Source of the DNA: Eledone cirrhosa
Lineage: Eukaryota
Direction of reading: 5' to 3'
Assembly: GCA_964016885.1 (NCBI GenBank)
Contig: OZ024743.1
Coordinates: forward strand, 202,988,001 to 203,052,000
Length of the DNA: 64,000 nucleotides
A program made the position numbers and the translations under genes. Positions 25,440-38,980 of this stretch are shown in pieces; the stretch's first letter is position 1; every line of letters begins with the position of its first letter. The notes beneath the pieces are model-generated. The model worked only from the letters and a program-made list of their open reading frames with translations. It had not been told where the DNA came from and did no database searches.

Positions 25440-28400
25440 TGGCCCCTTCCTCGCACTTCCACTCACTCACTCTCGGGTTCTCCCCTACTCACTTCCTCCC
25501 GTTTGGCCTGTAGTGGTTTCGCTTCTTGCTCACATCTCACTTACGTCGGACGGTCTGTATCCCGCTCGCTCATGAAATCCACCCAGCTTAAGCTGACCGG
25601 ATTCCCATGCTGCTTGTTTTTTCCTATCTTTGCGTTGCTATCCTTCCTTGTTGTTTACTGTCTCGCTCGCTTTACGCGATTTACTTGTCCCAATAGCTTT
25701 ATTTAGCTATTGCTCGCACCAACCGGAGGTATCTGATTTTTAAAGCGATGAAATACCAATGAAGGTTGGAAAATCACTGACGAAGGACTATTTTTATCAT
25801 ATTTAACCCATGTGCAACGACGCAGTATTCTTTTTTCTCATGTTTTATATATATATATATATACATATATAACCAAAGTCTCACTCATGATTCAAATATC
25901 AAATATCTAAAAACGCACACAAGGAAAAATAAAATATGACTACTGACCAGCAAGCCCACAACAGACGAAATTGGTCTGATAATGAAATTGACCTATTAAT
26001 AAACACATGGTTTTCTCTCTCCCAAACAATTAACATTAACGCGTCGTGTCTGAATGAGAATGCTGACAAAACAGCTCAAACATTTACCACGATGTCTGCT
26101 AAGCAGATACACAACAAACTAAAACATGTAGAAGTCTCTTTCAAACTAATTCAATACCATTTTGAAAAACTTCGACATATTTACTCCAATGGACAACGAC
26201 AACAACAGCAACAACAACAACAACAGCCACAACAACAACAACAAGAACAACAGCCAGAACGTCAGGAGCCACCACCACCGCCACCACTACTGAATTCAAG
26301 CATAATAGCTGAGTTACTGAATGACAGAAACCCTCAACCAGTCAGCCATTATTATCGCCATCCTCATCACCACCGTCACCATCTTCTGCCCATCAACTGC
26401 TGGTAATGGACCACTGCTTTCTCTCCCACCACAGTTGTCATCATCATCATCGTCACCACCACTGTTTTCTTCCCCCACATCACCACCACAGTCATGCTGT
26501 AGTCAAAAGTACTTTTTAAAAAAAGCTATGGAGCTGTATGCATCCCACACTACACAAACTAGAAACCCAAAAATATGCCGCCACTAACTACATCAGAGGC
26601 TATGCACACGTAGCGACAGCATATTTACCCATCTACCGGATACTAGATGCACTAACACAGCCCGCCAACACCAAAGCACGCTGCACACACGCATAATTCG
26701 GGGCCCCTAATCTGCCAACATTCCCAACGTGAGAGGCTATGTCTACTGACTGACTTTCCCTTCACTCATCTTCCAACGCACGAACAGAAAAGGAGCTACA
26801 TGCCAACACACAAACCACAATAAAGCAACCCCCTGCTGCAGTAATGCTGTTACAATCTTCTCAAAGACACGATTACAATAAAAACAACAAAAGTAATGCT
26901 GCTCCAGTCTTTTCACGAAGATACGATTACAACAACAACAAAAGTAATGCTGCTCCAATTTTTTCACAAAGACACAATTACAACAAATACAACAACAACA
27001 AAAGAGGGAACTGCAAGCCTATCCAATGGTGTAACCACAAATCCAATCAAAAACTGCTCCCTGAACAAGAACATTTTCTTTTTCAGCAAAAACCTGCCAA
27101 AAGACATACAAAAAACAGTTTAGCCATCACCCAACACCATCCCTGCTGTCACTAACACACAATCTCTAAACACGCCCCCTGCAACAGTCAAAACCAGCCA
27201 CCACACTAGCCTCCACATTTTTACTCAATACACAAGGTATCAGCCCATCCATCAACGCACAGAAATGGAAGATCCAATTCATTGAGGATTGGGTTGGTAA
27301 CCATCCATTTCACATCCCCTTATCCATTTTTACTGAGACCCTCCTTGACAACTCCCACTTGGAGGCCGAAGTAAGAGTAAGGAATTTCACAACCATCCGT
27401 GCGGATCGTGTTGGCAGAAGGAAGGGTGGAATTGCCATTTTCCTGCATGATTCCTTTACAGCAGATGTTAACACAATATTCTCCAATGGCTACTGTGAGT
27501 CAGTCACTGTGCACAATAAAGCCAATGACCTGACATTAGTTGGGCTCTATAGGCCAGCACAAACACCCATAATCTGCTTCAAATAATGCCTCAACAGTAT
27601 TAAATGCTTTATTAAACAGTGCCATTCTAGCAACATACTTTTGATGGGAAACTTTAATCTACCCTGTGTCGATTGATCTACAAGCAGCTTGAAACCAGGC
27701 ACCGCAACCGCAACCACTGACAAAAAAGCAGTCGAGTCACTCCTTGACGTCATGAATGAGTTTTTCTTGTCACAACTTGTCTTTAAACCAACAAAGCATC
27801 AGAAGAACATTCTAACACTATCCTTAATATTACAGTGGAAAAACCCTTCTCTCAGACCATGACATGGTTCATTGTAACCTGAGATTCCACCAGCCGAAAA
27901 CTAATCCCAGGGACCCCTTTTCACCCCACCCATTTGATAATATGGATATCTACAATGCCAACTGGGATGCAATTATGAGCGAACTATCACATGTTGACTG
28001 GTCTTTTACACACGCACACATTTCCACCAACATCAAAACATCTTGGCAGATCTTTGTAGACACTGTCACAGATATATGTACAAAACACACCCCACCAAGA
28101 CCTGTGAACAAAACCAAGTGCAGTATCCCAAAAAACAGAAAAACAATTATCAGAAAAATAAAAAAACAAAAAACAAAAAAATGAACACACTAAAATACTG
28201 CCAACCGCAACACACACATTCCATGGCTATCGCGCTGCTTGATTCAAAATAATAAAACCTCCAACAATGCATGATAACCATCATCAATAACCAGAGAACA
28301 GCTGAAGAGAGGTGGGCCATTGAGAAAATCAAACTCAACCCCAAAGTGTTCTTCTCATTTGCTAAAAAACACAAGTTCACCGTTTCCACTATTGGCCCTC

Positions 28401-30150
28401 TAGTTGATGAAAATGGCACACTCCAGGACAATGCCAAAACCATGGGCGAGATGCTGCAGAAACAATACTGCTCTGTTTTCAGAAATCATGATATGGCCGA
28501 TCTGGGCTGTATCAGTGATGTTAATCCCCAACACACTATATCAGAATATAAAGTTTGAGCCCCTGATGTCTTAGCGCCAATAAACGAAATTAAACACAAT
28601 TCAACAGTAGGCCCCGACAGCTTCTCTGCTTGTGTCCTGAAGGTGTGTCGACACCAACTTGTATCTCCTCTTGCTAATCTGTGGAGCAATTCACTGGATA
28701 TTGGCTATATTCCTGAAAACTTTCTGTCCCAGTCTTCAAAAAGGGAAATAAGTCCCTTGCAGTGAACTACCGTCAAGTCTCACTCACCTCTCATATTATC
28801 AAGGTAATTGAGAGGGTGGTGAGGTCACGAATAACCCACTTTCTCGAAAGCAACGGCCTGCTGACCTCCAACCAACATGGGTTCCGTAATGGAAGGGACT
28901 GCCTAACGCAGCACCTACATCACTTTGAAGATGTTTTGAGAGCCTTGGGAGAGGGCTCCAACACTGATGTCATCTACCTTGATTTCAGCAAGGCCTTTGA
29001 CAGAGTTGATCATAAGATTCTACTGAAAAAACTATCCAATATCGTTGTCTCTGGAAAGTTACTACAGTGGATCAAATGTTTCCTGACAGACAGAACCAAA
29101 CATGTTGTAGTCGAAGGAGTGAAATCAAACGCCGCGAAAGTCAGCAGTGGCGTCCCACAAGGCACTGTGTTGGGCCCACTCTCTTTCAGCATGTATATTA
29201 ATGACATTACTGACATCATCAAGCACAGCTACGTAAGAATCTTCGCAGATGATTCCAAGCTCTAAAGGGTCATCAATGAGGTGGGTAACCGGATTGCCTT
29301 CCGTCAGGCCTACTTGCTGTTATCCAAGGGGCAGAAAAGAATATAATATGCTGTTGAATGAGGGTAAGTTTGAATTAATCCACTTTGGTAAAAAGGATGC
29401 CCTGAAACTACCATACTCTCTTCCTTCGCGTGAAACTCTAGTGGCATCCAATAACATCAGAGACCTGAGAGTAATTGTGGACACTCATATAAATAGCAAA
29501 GTTGATATGGCCCGCAGAATGTGTTTCTGGATTCTCAGAACTTTCCAGTCGTTATCCTTCTCTTCTCCACTTTTGCCCGACCTCACCTTGAATACTGTTG
29601 TCCGCAAAGTATCATGAAAGTTGAAGCACCCCAAAGGTTAATTACAATAAAGATAGATGGCATGACAGGCCTTGCCTATTGGAGTCCATTGGAAAAGCTC
29701 AACCTTTATTCTCTCCAACGTCGCTGTAAGCGCTACACTATCTGCATGATGTGGAAAATATTCCATCAGCTTTGCTCAAATGATGTTGGCATCGCCGTTA
29801 ATGTACACCCAAGGCTTGGGCCCCGTGCTATCCGCCCGCGAAGAAAAACGTCACTCGCATCTCATAACAACAATACGGCACAATTATTTCACCTCAATTG
29901 GCTCTGCTCTCTTTAACATTACACCAAAACACATCAAAGCAGAAACAGACCCCATCAAGTTCAAGAAGTCTTTGGACAAATTCCTTCAAGAAATCCCGGA
30001 TAAGCCTCCTACATCCGGATATGCCCCCGTAAACAATAACTCGCTGCTCGAGTGGGCCATGGTTGCCAAACACTGATTTGTAAGACTTCGCCACGTGGTG
30101 CTATTAAGTTAAACATGGGCCAATACTGGCTGAAACCTATCAAAGTTAAA

Positions 30151-30153
<3 letters not shown>
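25440..30153 (+). mobile_element. Near full-length degenerate CR1/Jockey-group LINE (ORF1 plus APE-RT ORF2) with (TCAAAGTTA) tail
   Basis: APE remnants RADRVGRRKGGIAIF and GLYRP. RT motifs NYRQVSLTS, QHGFRNGR, YLDFSKAFDRV, SGVPQGTVLGP, FADDSKL. The 5' boundary is approximate. Confidence 0.85.
25936..26800 (+). pseudogene. LINE ORF1 with Myb/SANT(trihelix)-like domain, poly-Q and two decayed CCCH fingers
   Basis: RRNWSDNEIDLLINTW...SAKQIHNKLKHV, then ICRH*LHQRLCTRSDSIFTHLP and ICQHSQRERLCLLTDFPFTHLP (C-x8-C-x4-[S/F]-x3-H). Confidence 0.55.
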
Positions 30154-30198
<45 letters not shown>

Positions 30199-30243
30199 GT
30201 GTGTGTGTATGTATATATATATACATATACGTATGTATGTATG

Positions 30244-30347
<104 letters not shown>

Positions 30348-30915
30348 TCTCGGGTCTGCTCTGGCCCGGACTAGTAGTACCTGTTAGGAGCCCAGTTATG
30401 TGTTACATAATTATCTTTTTCGAGTCGGCCGGTAAGGTATTATCAGCCATTGAAAAGAATCTCGGGAATTTTACCCGCCCTAGATATATCACAGTACAAT
30501 TCTCGGTTTATCAGGAGTTTAAAACGAAAGACTGTAATGTCACACAAAAAAATCACCTCTAATTTTACAAGAATAATAACTAATAACATTGTAAATAGTA
30601 ATGACATAAAAATGATAACTCAACATGTAGTTTTGTACGGGTAAAAACTCCCTGTACAAAATATCCTTTTGTATCTCACTGTTTGCTCAACGGTCACTGG
30701 TTTGCTATTTATTCTTGAAACAATTTGAAATTAGTAAACTTTATTGTGTATCATTTACGTTTGGTGGTTAACCACTGGATAGAACAGGTCATTCCGTATA
30801 ACCACCATGATTAATGTTAAGAAAAGCACTCGACGATATGCAACTCATCCATTTTTGGTGTTGAATCTCGTTGGTGTGCGAGAAGGGAGTTAATTATCAT
30901 TGAATAAAATTACAG

Positions 30916-31103
30916 GAGGCCGGAATGGTGAAATTCCTTTAAAGATTTATTTCAGCAAACACTATGTACATTTCAGTGGCCAGGTTACGTAAGATCCTGA
31001 TGACACCGGATGATGTCTCCAGGATCTTACGTAACCTGACCACTGAAATGTACATAGTGTTTGCTGAAATAAATCATTGTAGGAATTTCATCAGTCCGGC
31101 CTC
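30916..31103. mobile_element. Fold-back insertion (arms 30916-30999 / 31020-31103) with a degenerate hammerhead at 31003-31060
   Basis: ACAC-CGGATGA-...CAGG...CCTG...-GAAA-T(GTAC)A-TA^GTGT. Confidence 0.6.
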
Positions 31104-31146
31104 ATATGTATATATTATACATATATATGTATATATATATATATAT

Positions 31147-31597
31147 ATAAACGGAAAAAATGAAACAAAATTTCATTTCTCACTTTTAGTACAGCTGTTA
31201 CTTAAATATAAGTATGTACACGTACATACATATATGTATACAGACGTACAGTAGTATGTATATATATATATACATACATGCACACACATATATATATGTA
31301 CGTATGGATTCACCGAACATTTATTATAATGCTCGGTGTGTTTGTAAACAAACATCCCGAATTAAGCCGGAGTGTCTAGCAACCAACGTTGCTCATTTGT
31401 TCAACTCTGACAAAGGAACGATGTACTAGTTTCAAGCTTATTAGCTATCGTCAGCAACATATACCTTCCTGCAAGATGATTGAACGTCTGAAAGTATATA
31501 CCTTCCTTATGCATATTAACGGCTGGGTAGCCCAATTTGCATATCGAGTGGGTTAATCGGCCGGGGTACCGAAAACGATAAACGGAAAAAATGATAC
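31147..31597 (-). mobile_element. Retrozyme-like unit (family A), one monomer with terminal redundancy; hammerhead at 31419-31459
   Basis: ATAAACGGAAAAAATGA occurs at both ends (31147 and 31578). Reverse complement of the unit at 32058-33050. Confidence 0.8.
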
Positions 31598-31690
<93 letters not shown>

Positions 31691-31934
31691 CATATATATA
31701 TACATATACATATATATATACGTGTATATACATTCTTGTGCGTATGTGTGGGGGAGAGAGAGAGTGTGTGTATGAATGTCCTTGTATGCTTTTAGTAATG
31801 TCGAATTTCCCTGTAGTTTGACTAGTGAGTTTACAGTCACCACCCAACCTCAAGAGGCTTGCTTTAAAGTATCAGGGCACTCTATTAACATCTACTATGT
31901 TATTGAGTACGCATTCACGCCAACTTCAAGACTG

Positions 31935-32039
<105 letters not shown>

Positions 32040-32385
32040 TAGACACATACACAAATAGCTTAATACGGGATGTTTGTTTACAAACACACCGAGCATTATA
32101 ATAAATTGTTCGGTGAATCCATACGTACATATATATATGTGTGCATGTATGTATATATATATACATACTACTGTACGTCTGTATACATATATGTATGTAC
32201 GTGTACATACTTATATTTAAGTAAAAGCCGTACTAAGAGTGAGAAATGAAATTTCGTTTCATTTTTTCATTTATCGTGTTCGGTGCGCCCGGCCGACTAA
32301 CTCACACGATATGCAAATTGGTCTGCTCAGCCGTTAATATGCATAAGGTAAGTATATACGTTCAACAATCTGGCAGGAAGGTATA

Positions 32386-32426
32386 CGTTGCTGACGATAA
32401 CTAATAAGCTTGAAACTATTACAGCG
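32386..32426 (+). ncRNA. Minimal hammerhead (family A) with mutated helix III palindrome
   Basis: CGTTG-CTGACGA-...-GAAA-CTAT-TA^CAGCG. Confidence 0.6.
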
Positions 32427-32813
32427 TTCCTTTGTCAGTGTTGAACAAACGAGCAACGATGGTTGCTAGACACTGCGGCTTAATACGGGATGTTTGTTTA
32501 CAAACACACCGAGCATTATAATACATGTTCGGTGAATCCATACGTACATATATATATGTGTGCATGTATGTATGTATATATACATACTACTGTATGTCTG
32601 TATACATATATGTATGTACGTGAACATACTTTTATTTAATTAACAGCCATACTAAGAGTGGGAAATGACATTTCGATTCATTTTTTCCGTTTATCGTTTT
32701 TGGTGCACCCGGCCGATTAACTCACTCGATATGCAAATTGGGCTACTCAGCCGTTAATATGCATAAGGAAGGTATATACTTTCAGTCGTTCAACAATCTG
32801 GCAGGAAGGTATA

Positions 32814-32854
32814 CGTTGCTGACGATAACTAATAAGCTTGAAACTAGTACAGCG
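32814..32854 (+). ncRNA. Minimal hammerhead (family A)
   Basis: CGTTG-CTGACGA-taactaataagctt-GAAA-CTAG-TA^CAGCG. Helix I is fully paired with one G-U. Confidence 0.75.
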
Positions 32855-33444
32855 TTCCTTTGTCAGTGTTGAACAAACGAGCAACGATGGTTTCTAGACA
32901 CTACGGCTTAATACGGGATGTTTGTTTACAAACACACCGAGCATTATAATAAAAGTTCGGTGAATCCATACGTACATATATATATGTGTGCATGTATGTA
33001 TATATACATACTACTGTACGTCTGTATACATATATGTATGTACGTATACATACATACATTCTAATATATATTCTAATATACATACATTCTAATATACATT
33101 CTAATATATATATATGTAATTATGTAAGTATATAGGTATAGTAATATCTTTCAATAGTGTGCTTATATTTTTCCGATCACCTTTCCGGCGACAAGGTGAT
33201 CGGAACAAAGGAAATTTTCATCGTCTCTTGTGTAGACAAAAATTGTTTAGATTGAATGTTATACAGATTTTGAGGATTCTAGATATCGTGGCTATTTGTA
33301 GATTATGAATTTAGTGGCGGCGTTATTTCTTCATAAATCCAAATTCAGACATGCTTTCGTTGGTCCAATAATAATAGGTCTACAAATGAATCTCTTTCGG
33401 GATCTACAAACTGTTCAATAAGGATCCACAGGTATCCCCCTTCT

Positions 33445-33600
33445 CTTTTATGATCTGAGTTCAAATCCCGCCGCGGTTAAGATTGCCTTTCATCCTTACT
33501 GGGTCTATAAAATAAAGTAGCAATCACGCACTGGGGTCGATTTAGTCGACTTTCCGCTCCCCTAAAATTGCTGGCCTTGTACTTATATAAGAAACCATTA
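33445..33600 (+). mobile_element. tRNA-derived SINE (B-box GAGTTCAAATCC plus core TTGCCTTTCATCCTTACGGGGTCGATAAAATAAG)
   Basis: Homologous copies at about 25390, 45055-45175, 49700-49910 (-), 49935-50090 (-) and 52970-53130. Confidence 0.7.
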
Positions 33601-34544
33601 TGTTAACATCGAGTAAGCAGCTGATATCTACAACAGAGCATGAATTTAATTCTTTGAACCAAACAACAACATCTGGTGTGTTTTGTTTTAATTTGGTTCC
33701 GGGTTTTTTATATGTATGCATGTACGTATGTATGTATGGTATGTATGTATGTGTGTATATATGCAGGAATATATATATATTGATATAGGAATTTATGTAT
33801 GTATTTATGTATGTTTCTATGAAAGAGAGGGGCCGATTTTCACCTAAAAGTACCTCAAATATTTACATATCAACAGATACAATGTTAATATCACCAACTA
33901 TCCCATGAGATCACACATTGTCAGATCTTATTTATTGAGATTATAATTACTTTCATATGGTATACCTTTCGACGTGCATTAACAATAAAATACACGTTCA
34001 AAAACAACATACAAAGGAGCAGTCAACCTTACTCATACACGCACACAAACACACACATACACACATACACACATACACCCACATGCACACATACACACTA
34101 ATCGTAACACACATACATGCACACACACATACGCATGCACCTACTGACAGTAACACACACACGTACACACGACATACATACACACATAGATTTATACATG
34201 TCACCAATACCTCCAGAGAAACACAATCATCCAGAATCTTCTATTTCCCGCTGTATTACTTCCAATTTACGTACGTGTGATTCTTTTGTGTAGCCATTTA
34301 CAGTTCGTGTTAGCTCCTTTTGTCACAACCAAATGAGTTGCGAAACCTACGTGATATGAAAATTATTGATGTTTGAAAAGGAATATACAAGAAAATATAA
34401 CCAAGAAAAACCCACATCTTTGATACCATTCGTTAGCTAGAAGTATACGTATGTATATATGTATGCATATATATGTATGCATATATATATATATACGTAT
34501 GTATATACGTATGCATATATATATATATATATGTATGTATGCAT

Positions 34545-37500
34545 GTATGTTCTTCTGGTTTTATAATTTCACAATTTTTTTCCCAATAGAGAGAGAGTCG
34601 GTTTCTACCATAGACACAAGACTCTCTCATTGGAATTTACACAACATCAACTAGGTAGATTATGTATGCATGCATACATGTGTAGATATGGATGTTATTG
34701 TATGTTTGGATGTGGATGTTTTGAGTTGTATGTGTGCATGTGTATATGCTTTGTAACTGTACATGTGTATATGAAGTTATTAGATGCAACATTTTTGGAA
34801 TGTTTTACATATTTTTACTGTTCCATTAATGGATTGTACTTGTAATTTCCTAACTAGTTGTGTTTTTTCTGTTCCTGTGAAGCCTAGCTTCTCAAGATTT
34901 GTATTGAGGCAGTTACTAACATATCCCAGTGCCCCAAAAATCACAGGCATAAATCTGAAGGTGTAACCAGGGTGGAGTATCTGCAGATTTCTCATCAGTT
35001 CTGCATAAATATTCTCCTTTTCGTTAATCTATTATATTATATTGGCATCTGCTGGGCAGCTAATTTCCACTACTGTGCATGCTTTCTTCTACTTGTCCCT
35101 TATCATAATATCTTGTCTGTTATGCCTTCATTTTATTGGGGTTTTTACTGGAACATTCCACTAGTACTTTTTCATATGATGTACATGGATGTCTTCCACA
35201 TTGCTGTAGCTTTTAATGTGTTTATTATCGGGGCTATCTTTTTTACGAACTGCATTGTACAGTGTTTTGGCCACTATATCATGCCTCATAGGTAAATAGT
35301 ACCGCGATGCCATTTTTAGACTGTTGCTGATGACATAGGTGATATCGTCGATGTTACTTCTGCTCAGTCTGCACTTGTTATCACATCTAGGTGTTTTGCC
35401 TGCATCACTATCTCTTTTATGAATCAGGTATTTCGTGTTAATCTCCTGTTCTTTGGTTGCAAAAGCATATCCTTCAAAGTGGGAGCCAATATAGCGGTTG
35501 TTGGTCCAAGATAGACTACTTTCCTTATCTATATTACCCTCACTCTGGAGCCTCCTGGCAACATATCCATGCATGATTTTTTGCTAAGCATGCAGTTTTT
35601 CATCCATGGATTCACTGCGATACTGCTGAGTGACTTCCCTGGGTGTGAGATTTTGATTATCACACAGGGAATATCTCTCGAGGAGTTCCTTCCCAACACT
35701 CATGATCTTATCTGTTTCATGCCGATAGACTTGCTCGAAAGACAGGTTCCTACGCTTCGAGGTTCGTAGATGTTGTTGGAGAGATATGATGTGACATTCA
35801 AATGCTGTCTGGACTGATGTTAGGCCTCTGCCTCCCTGCTTACGTTTCAAGTAAAGGCGGTCTATGTCACTGTTGATGTGGAAGTTTCCGGTGTTGTTTA
35901 GTATTTTTCGAGTTCCAACATCAACTGCTCGGATTTCGTCTATCGTCCAATTAAGTATTCCAAACGTTGGTGTTAGGACAGGCACAGCAAACACATTGTG
36001 AGCCCCTGTTTTGTTTTGCGCAGAGTGTTCCGATGACCAAATCTTTCTTAATCGCGTGTAGTATTCTCTGGTTACCCGTTCCTTATTACAGATACCATTA
36101 TAGGTTATGTTCTCATCTATCCCCAGGTATCTGTAGCAGTCCTCATCAGATATCGGTGAAACAGTTAGGCCATTGATGAAAATGTTGCTAGATTAGGTTG
36201 TTGTTTTTCCCCGCTTTACAGTCATGTATGAACATTTATCTTGGCCAAACTCCATTCCATTATCCTTTGAGAACGTTATAACCAGGTCAAGATTTGTCTT
36301 CATCCCATCCGTGTTCTTGGCATAGAGTTTCAGATCGTCCACAAAGAAATTATGGGTTAGGTTCGTATTTCTGTCCTCCTGCCAATGATGTATCCCTCAC
36401 ATTTCTTGAGTAGAAAGGACAAGGGGTTTAATGACAAGATGAATAATATCACAGAGAGGCTGTCCCCCTGAAATATACCCCTGCGATATTTTATTTTATC
36501 CGTGAAAATAGAGTCCTCTCTCTCTGTCTTTAACCTTAGGATAGTAGCCCAAGAATAAAACAACCTCTCTATGACTCTGACAATAATGTCTGGGACTTTA
36601 GCAAGTTGGAGGGCCTCTATCATCCAAGAGTGGGGAACAGAATCGAAAGCTTTCCTGTAGTCCAGCCAGACTGTAGCCATATTCCTCCTAAGTTGTCGCA
36701 CCTCCGACATCGCAGTTTTGTTGATTAGGAGTTGTTCAGCACATCCCCAAACCCCTTTCTTTGCAGCTGCTTGTTCATCGGTGATTGTTTACATGTAAGG
36801 AGCATTGTCACATATCCTATGGTTTTTCGTAAGTCAGCAATCTTTTTTTCTATTTTAGTTATATATGATGGTTTTTTGATGGTTTATTTTTCTTGTTAAT
36901 ATCTCTGCTGTCACGGAGATAATGCTTCACTGTCGTTGCTAAGGCATATAAACAGGCGTTGATTTGCCAAAATGTTGGGGGTTTTATCCGTCGTAAATAT
37001 TCATCAACTATTTCTTCAATAACACGTAATATTTCATTAATTGTTTTTTTATTAAGTATTGTTGTTTTGATACGTTCAGCAAGATAAATGTTTATACATG
37101 AATTAATTTCTTTCTGGAAGATTTCGTTGAGGGAAATTTTCAATTGTTTATACTTTTGATTATTATTATTATCGATAGTATTTTCCACAACAGTCGAGTT
37201 AGACTCGGATGGTACACGTGGTGTCAAATTTCTTCGATTATTATTATTATTTCTTCGATTATTATTATTATCGATAGTGTTTTCCCCAGTATTCGAGGTA
37301 GACTTAGATGGTGCAGGTGGTGTCAATTTTTTTATAGGCATAGTTGCTTCAAGGCGCTGTTCGACCTAGCTGCTAGGAAGTCTAGTAGCATGGCGACCTG
37401 TAGCACGTGGTGTTGATCCCATGTTTGTTGTGGGGGACTTACAATTAATACTATTTATCTTATTTTTACGTTCAACAAACGTTCAACAAACGTCGCTTGT

Positions 37501-37930
37501 TGGCGTAATTGTTTCGTTGTGAAATAATTTAGCTCTGGGTGCATTTCGTGCCAGTGTAGCTTCATTCTGTTCATATAGCCAATGGTGGGATTGTTTTTTG
37601 CCATTTTATAACAATTAAATAAATCATTAAGTTCGCAACTCCAAGAGAAAAGCGATTTATAATTTCGGTTTCTTATGTAGCTATAACTGAATAAAATTGT
37701 TTTACCTTTCTTGTTGGCTGTCTTCGATACTTCCTTAATTTTGGTGTTGTTGATGTTGTGTTCAGCCATGCTGTTTGTAGCAAATCCTTGTAAAATGAAT
37801 TATGTATTTAGTCGGGTATCTCTATGAATTCGAATAAAAGGTGTCTTCAGTAGATATAGTTAGAAGAATAACCAGTTATTCAACATGACTGTAGTTGTGG
37901 CATTACTGTCGGAGATAGTATTCATCTTAA
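34545..37930 (-). mobile_element. Degenerate RLE-type non-LTR retrotransposon (R4/NeSL/Hero-like)
   Basis: RT motifs WLDYRKAFDSVPHSW, GIFQGDSLS, FVDDLKLYA and GGRGL. C-terminal CRL..DDITYVISN...RHDIVAK and PVIFGALG, typical of restriction-like endonuclease elements. 5' limit approximate. Confidence 0.85.
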
Positions 37931-38769
37931 ATTTAATAAATAGTCTCCCCCGCCAAAATATGCGACTGATCGCGTTGAATTGTATTATGTATGTATGTAT
38001 GTATGTATGTATGTATGAATGAATGTATGTATTTATATTTTATATACATTATAAAACTCTTTTTTTTTAAGAATTGTCCCTCTCATTTTTTCAATAATGT
38101 CACTTTGAGTGTAAACAACAAATTTAATACATACATACATACATACATACATACATACATACATGATTGTTGCAAATCGATATCGAGTGGTGTTAACGCT
38201 TGATCCTTAAGAATATGTCAGATACCAAGGAATTCCTGTGCTTGAAGCTTTTTTAAGTGAGGAAAGGATTTACACGGAGCCAATCGAACTCTCTAAACAT
38301 CGAATTCATTTACTCAAACAGTAGAACTGGTTTACATAATGTGATGCAAAAGAAGTCGCTATTTTACAACAGAGTGATCTCCTAGAGCGCTGTCTTAATG
38401 AAGACTAATGGTCTCCCACTCCAATTCTTCCCTAAAAAACATTAAAAATTATTGGATGGCCGTTGCTCACCTGTGTTCCTCAGCCCATTGGGGGATTTTG
38501 TTTTACATTCTGCAGGGTGTCCAAAATCACCCTCTTCACTAAGCAAGCCTGGTGGGGTTGCCGAGTCATCAATGACGCAACCATGCACAGGTTTAACTGG
38601 GTTAGAAGTTACAAATAGCGCTCAAGAGCGACATGCCACACACGTACATACGTATATACATTTGTTTGTTGTTGTTATAGCTCACACCTATGCAGGTTTA
38701 GCTGGCATCCTCCAGCGTATATCTCGTTGGAGGTGTATTGGGTGAGTTAATGATAGGGGCCCTAGTCTT

Positions 38770-38980
38770 ATCATCTCATTTTTACAACTGAGTAAACTGG
38801 AGCAACGTGAAATAAAGTGTCTTGCTCAAGGAAACAACACATCACCCGGTCCGAGAATTGAACTCACAACCTTTTGATTGCAAGCCCAATGCTCTAACGA
38901 CTAAGCCACGCGCCTTCACACTAAGCCACGTGCCTTCACACCAAGCCATGCGCCTTCACACTAAGTCATGCGCCTTCACA
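38770..38980 (-). mobile_element. tRNA-headed SINE whose 20-bp 5' end is repeated four times (38901-38980)
   Basis: Minus strand (TGTGAAGGCGCGTGGCTTAG)x4, then A/B boxes and the core GAGCAAGACACTTTATTTCACGTTGCTCCAG. Relatives at 40545-40678 and 54910-55105. Confidence 0.75.

Larger units (their letters stand above)
32058..33050 (+). repeat. Tandem array of about 2.3 retrozyme-like units (420-428 bp), one hammerhead per complete unit
   Basis: TAATACGGGATGTTTGTTTACAAACACACCGAGC at 32061, 32481 and 32909. Hammerheads at 32386 and 32814. Confidence 0.88.

Noticed and set aside
34590-34640. CAATGAGA...GAAACCG in the RLE-LINE 3'UTR (also near 54727)
   Set aside because: Neither copy has a CUGA core or convincing helices, so it is not called a ribozyme.
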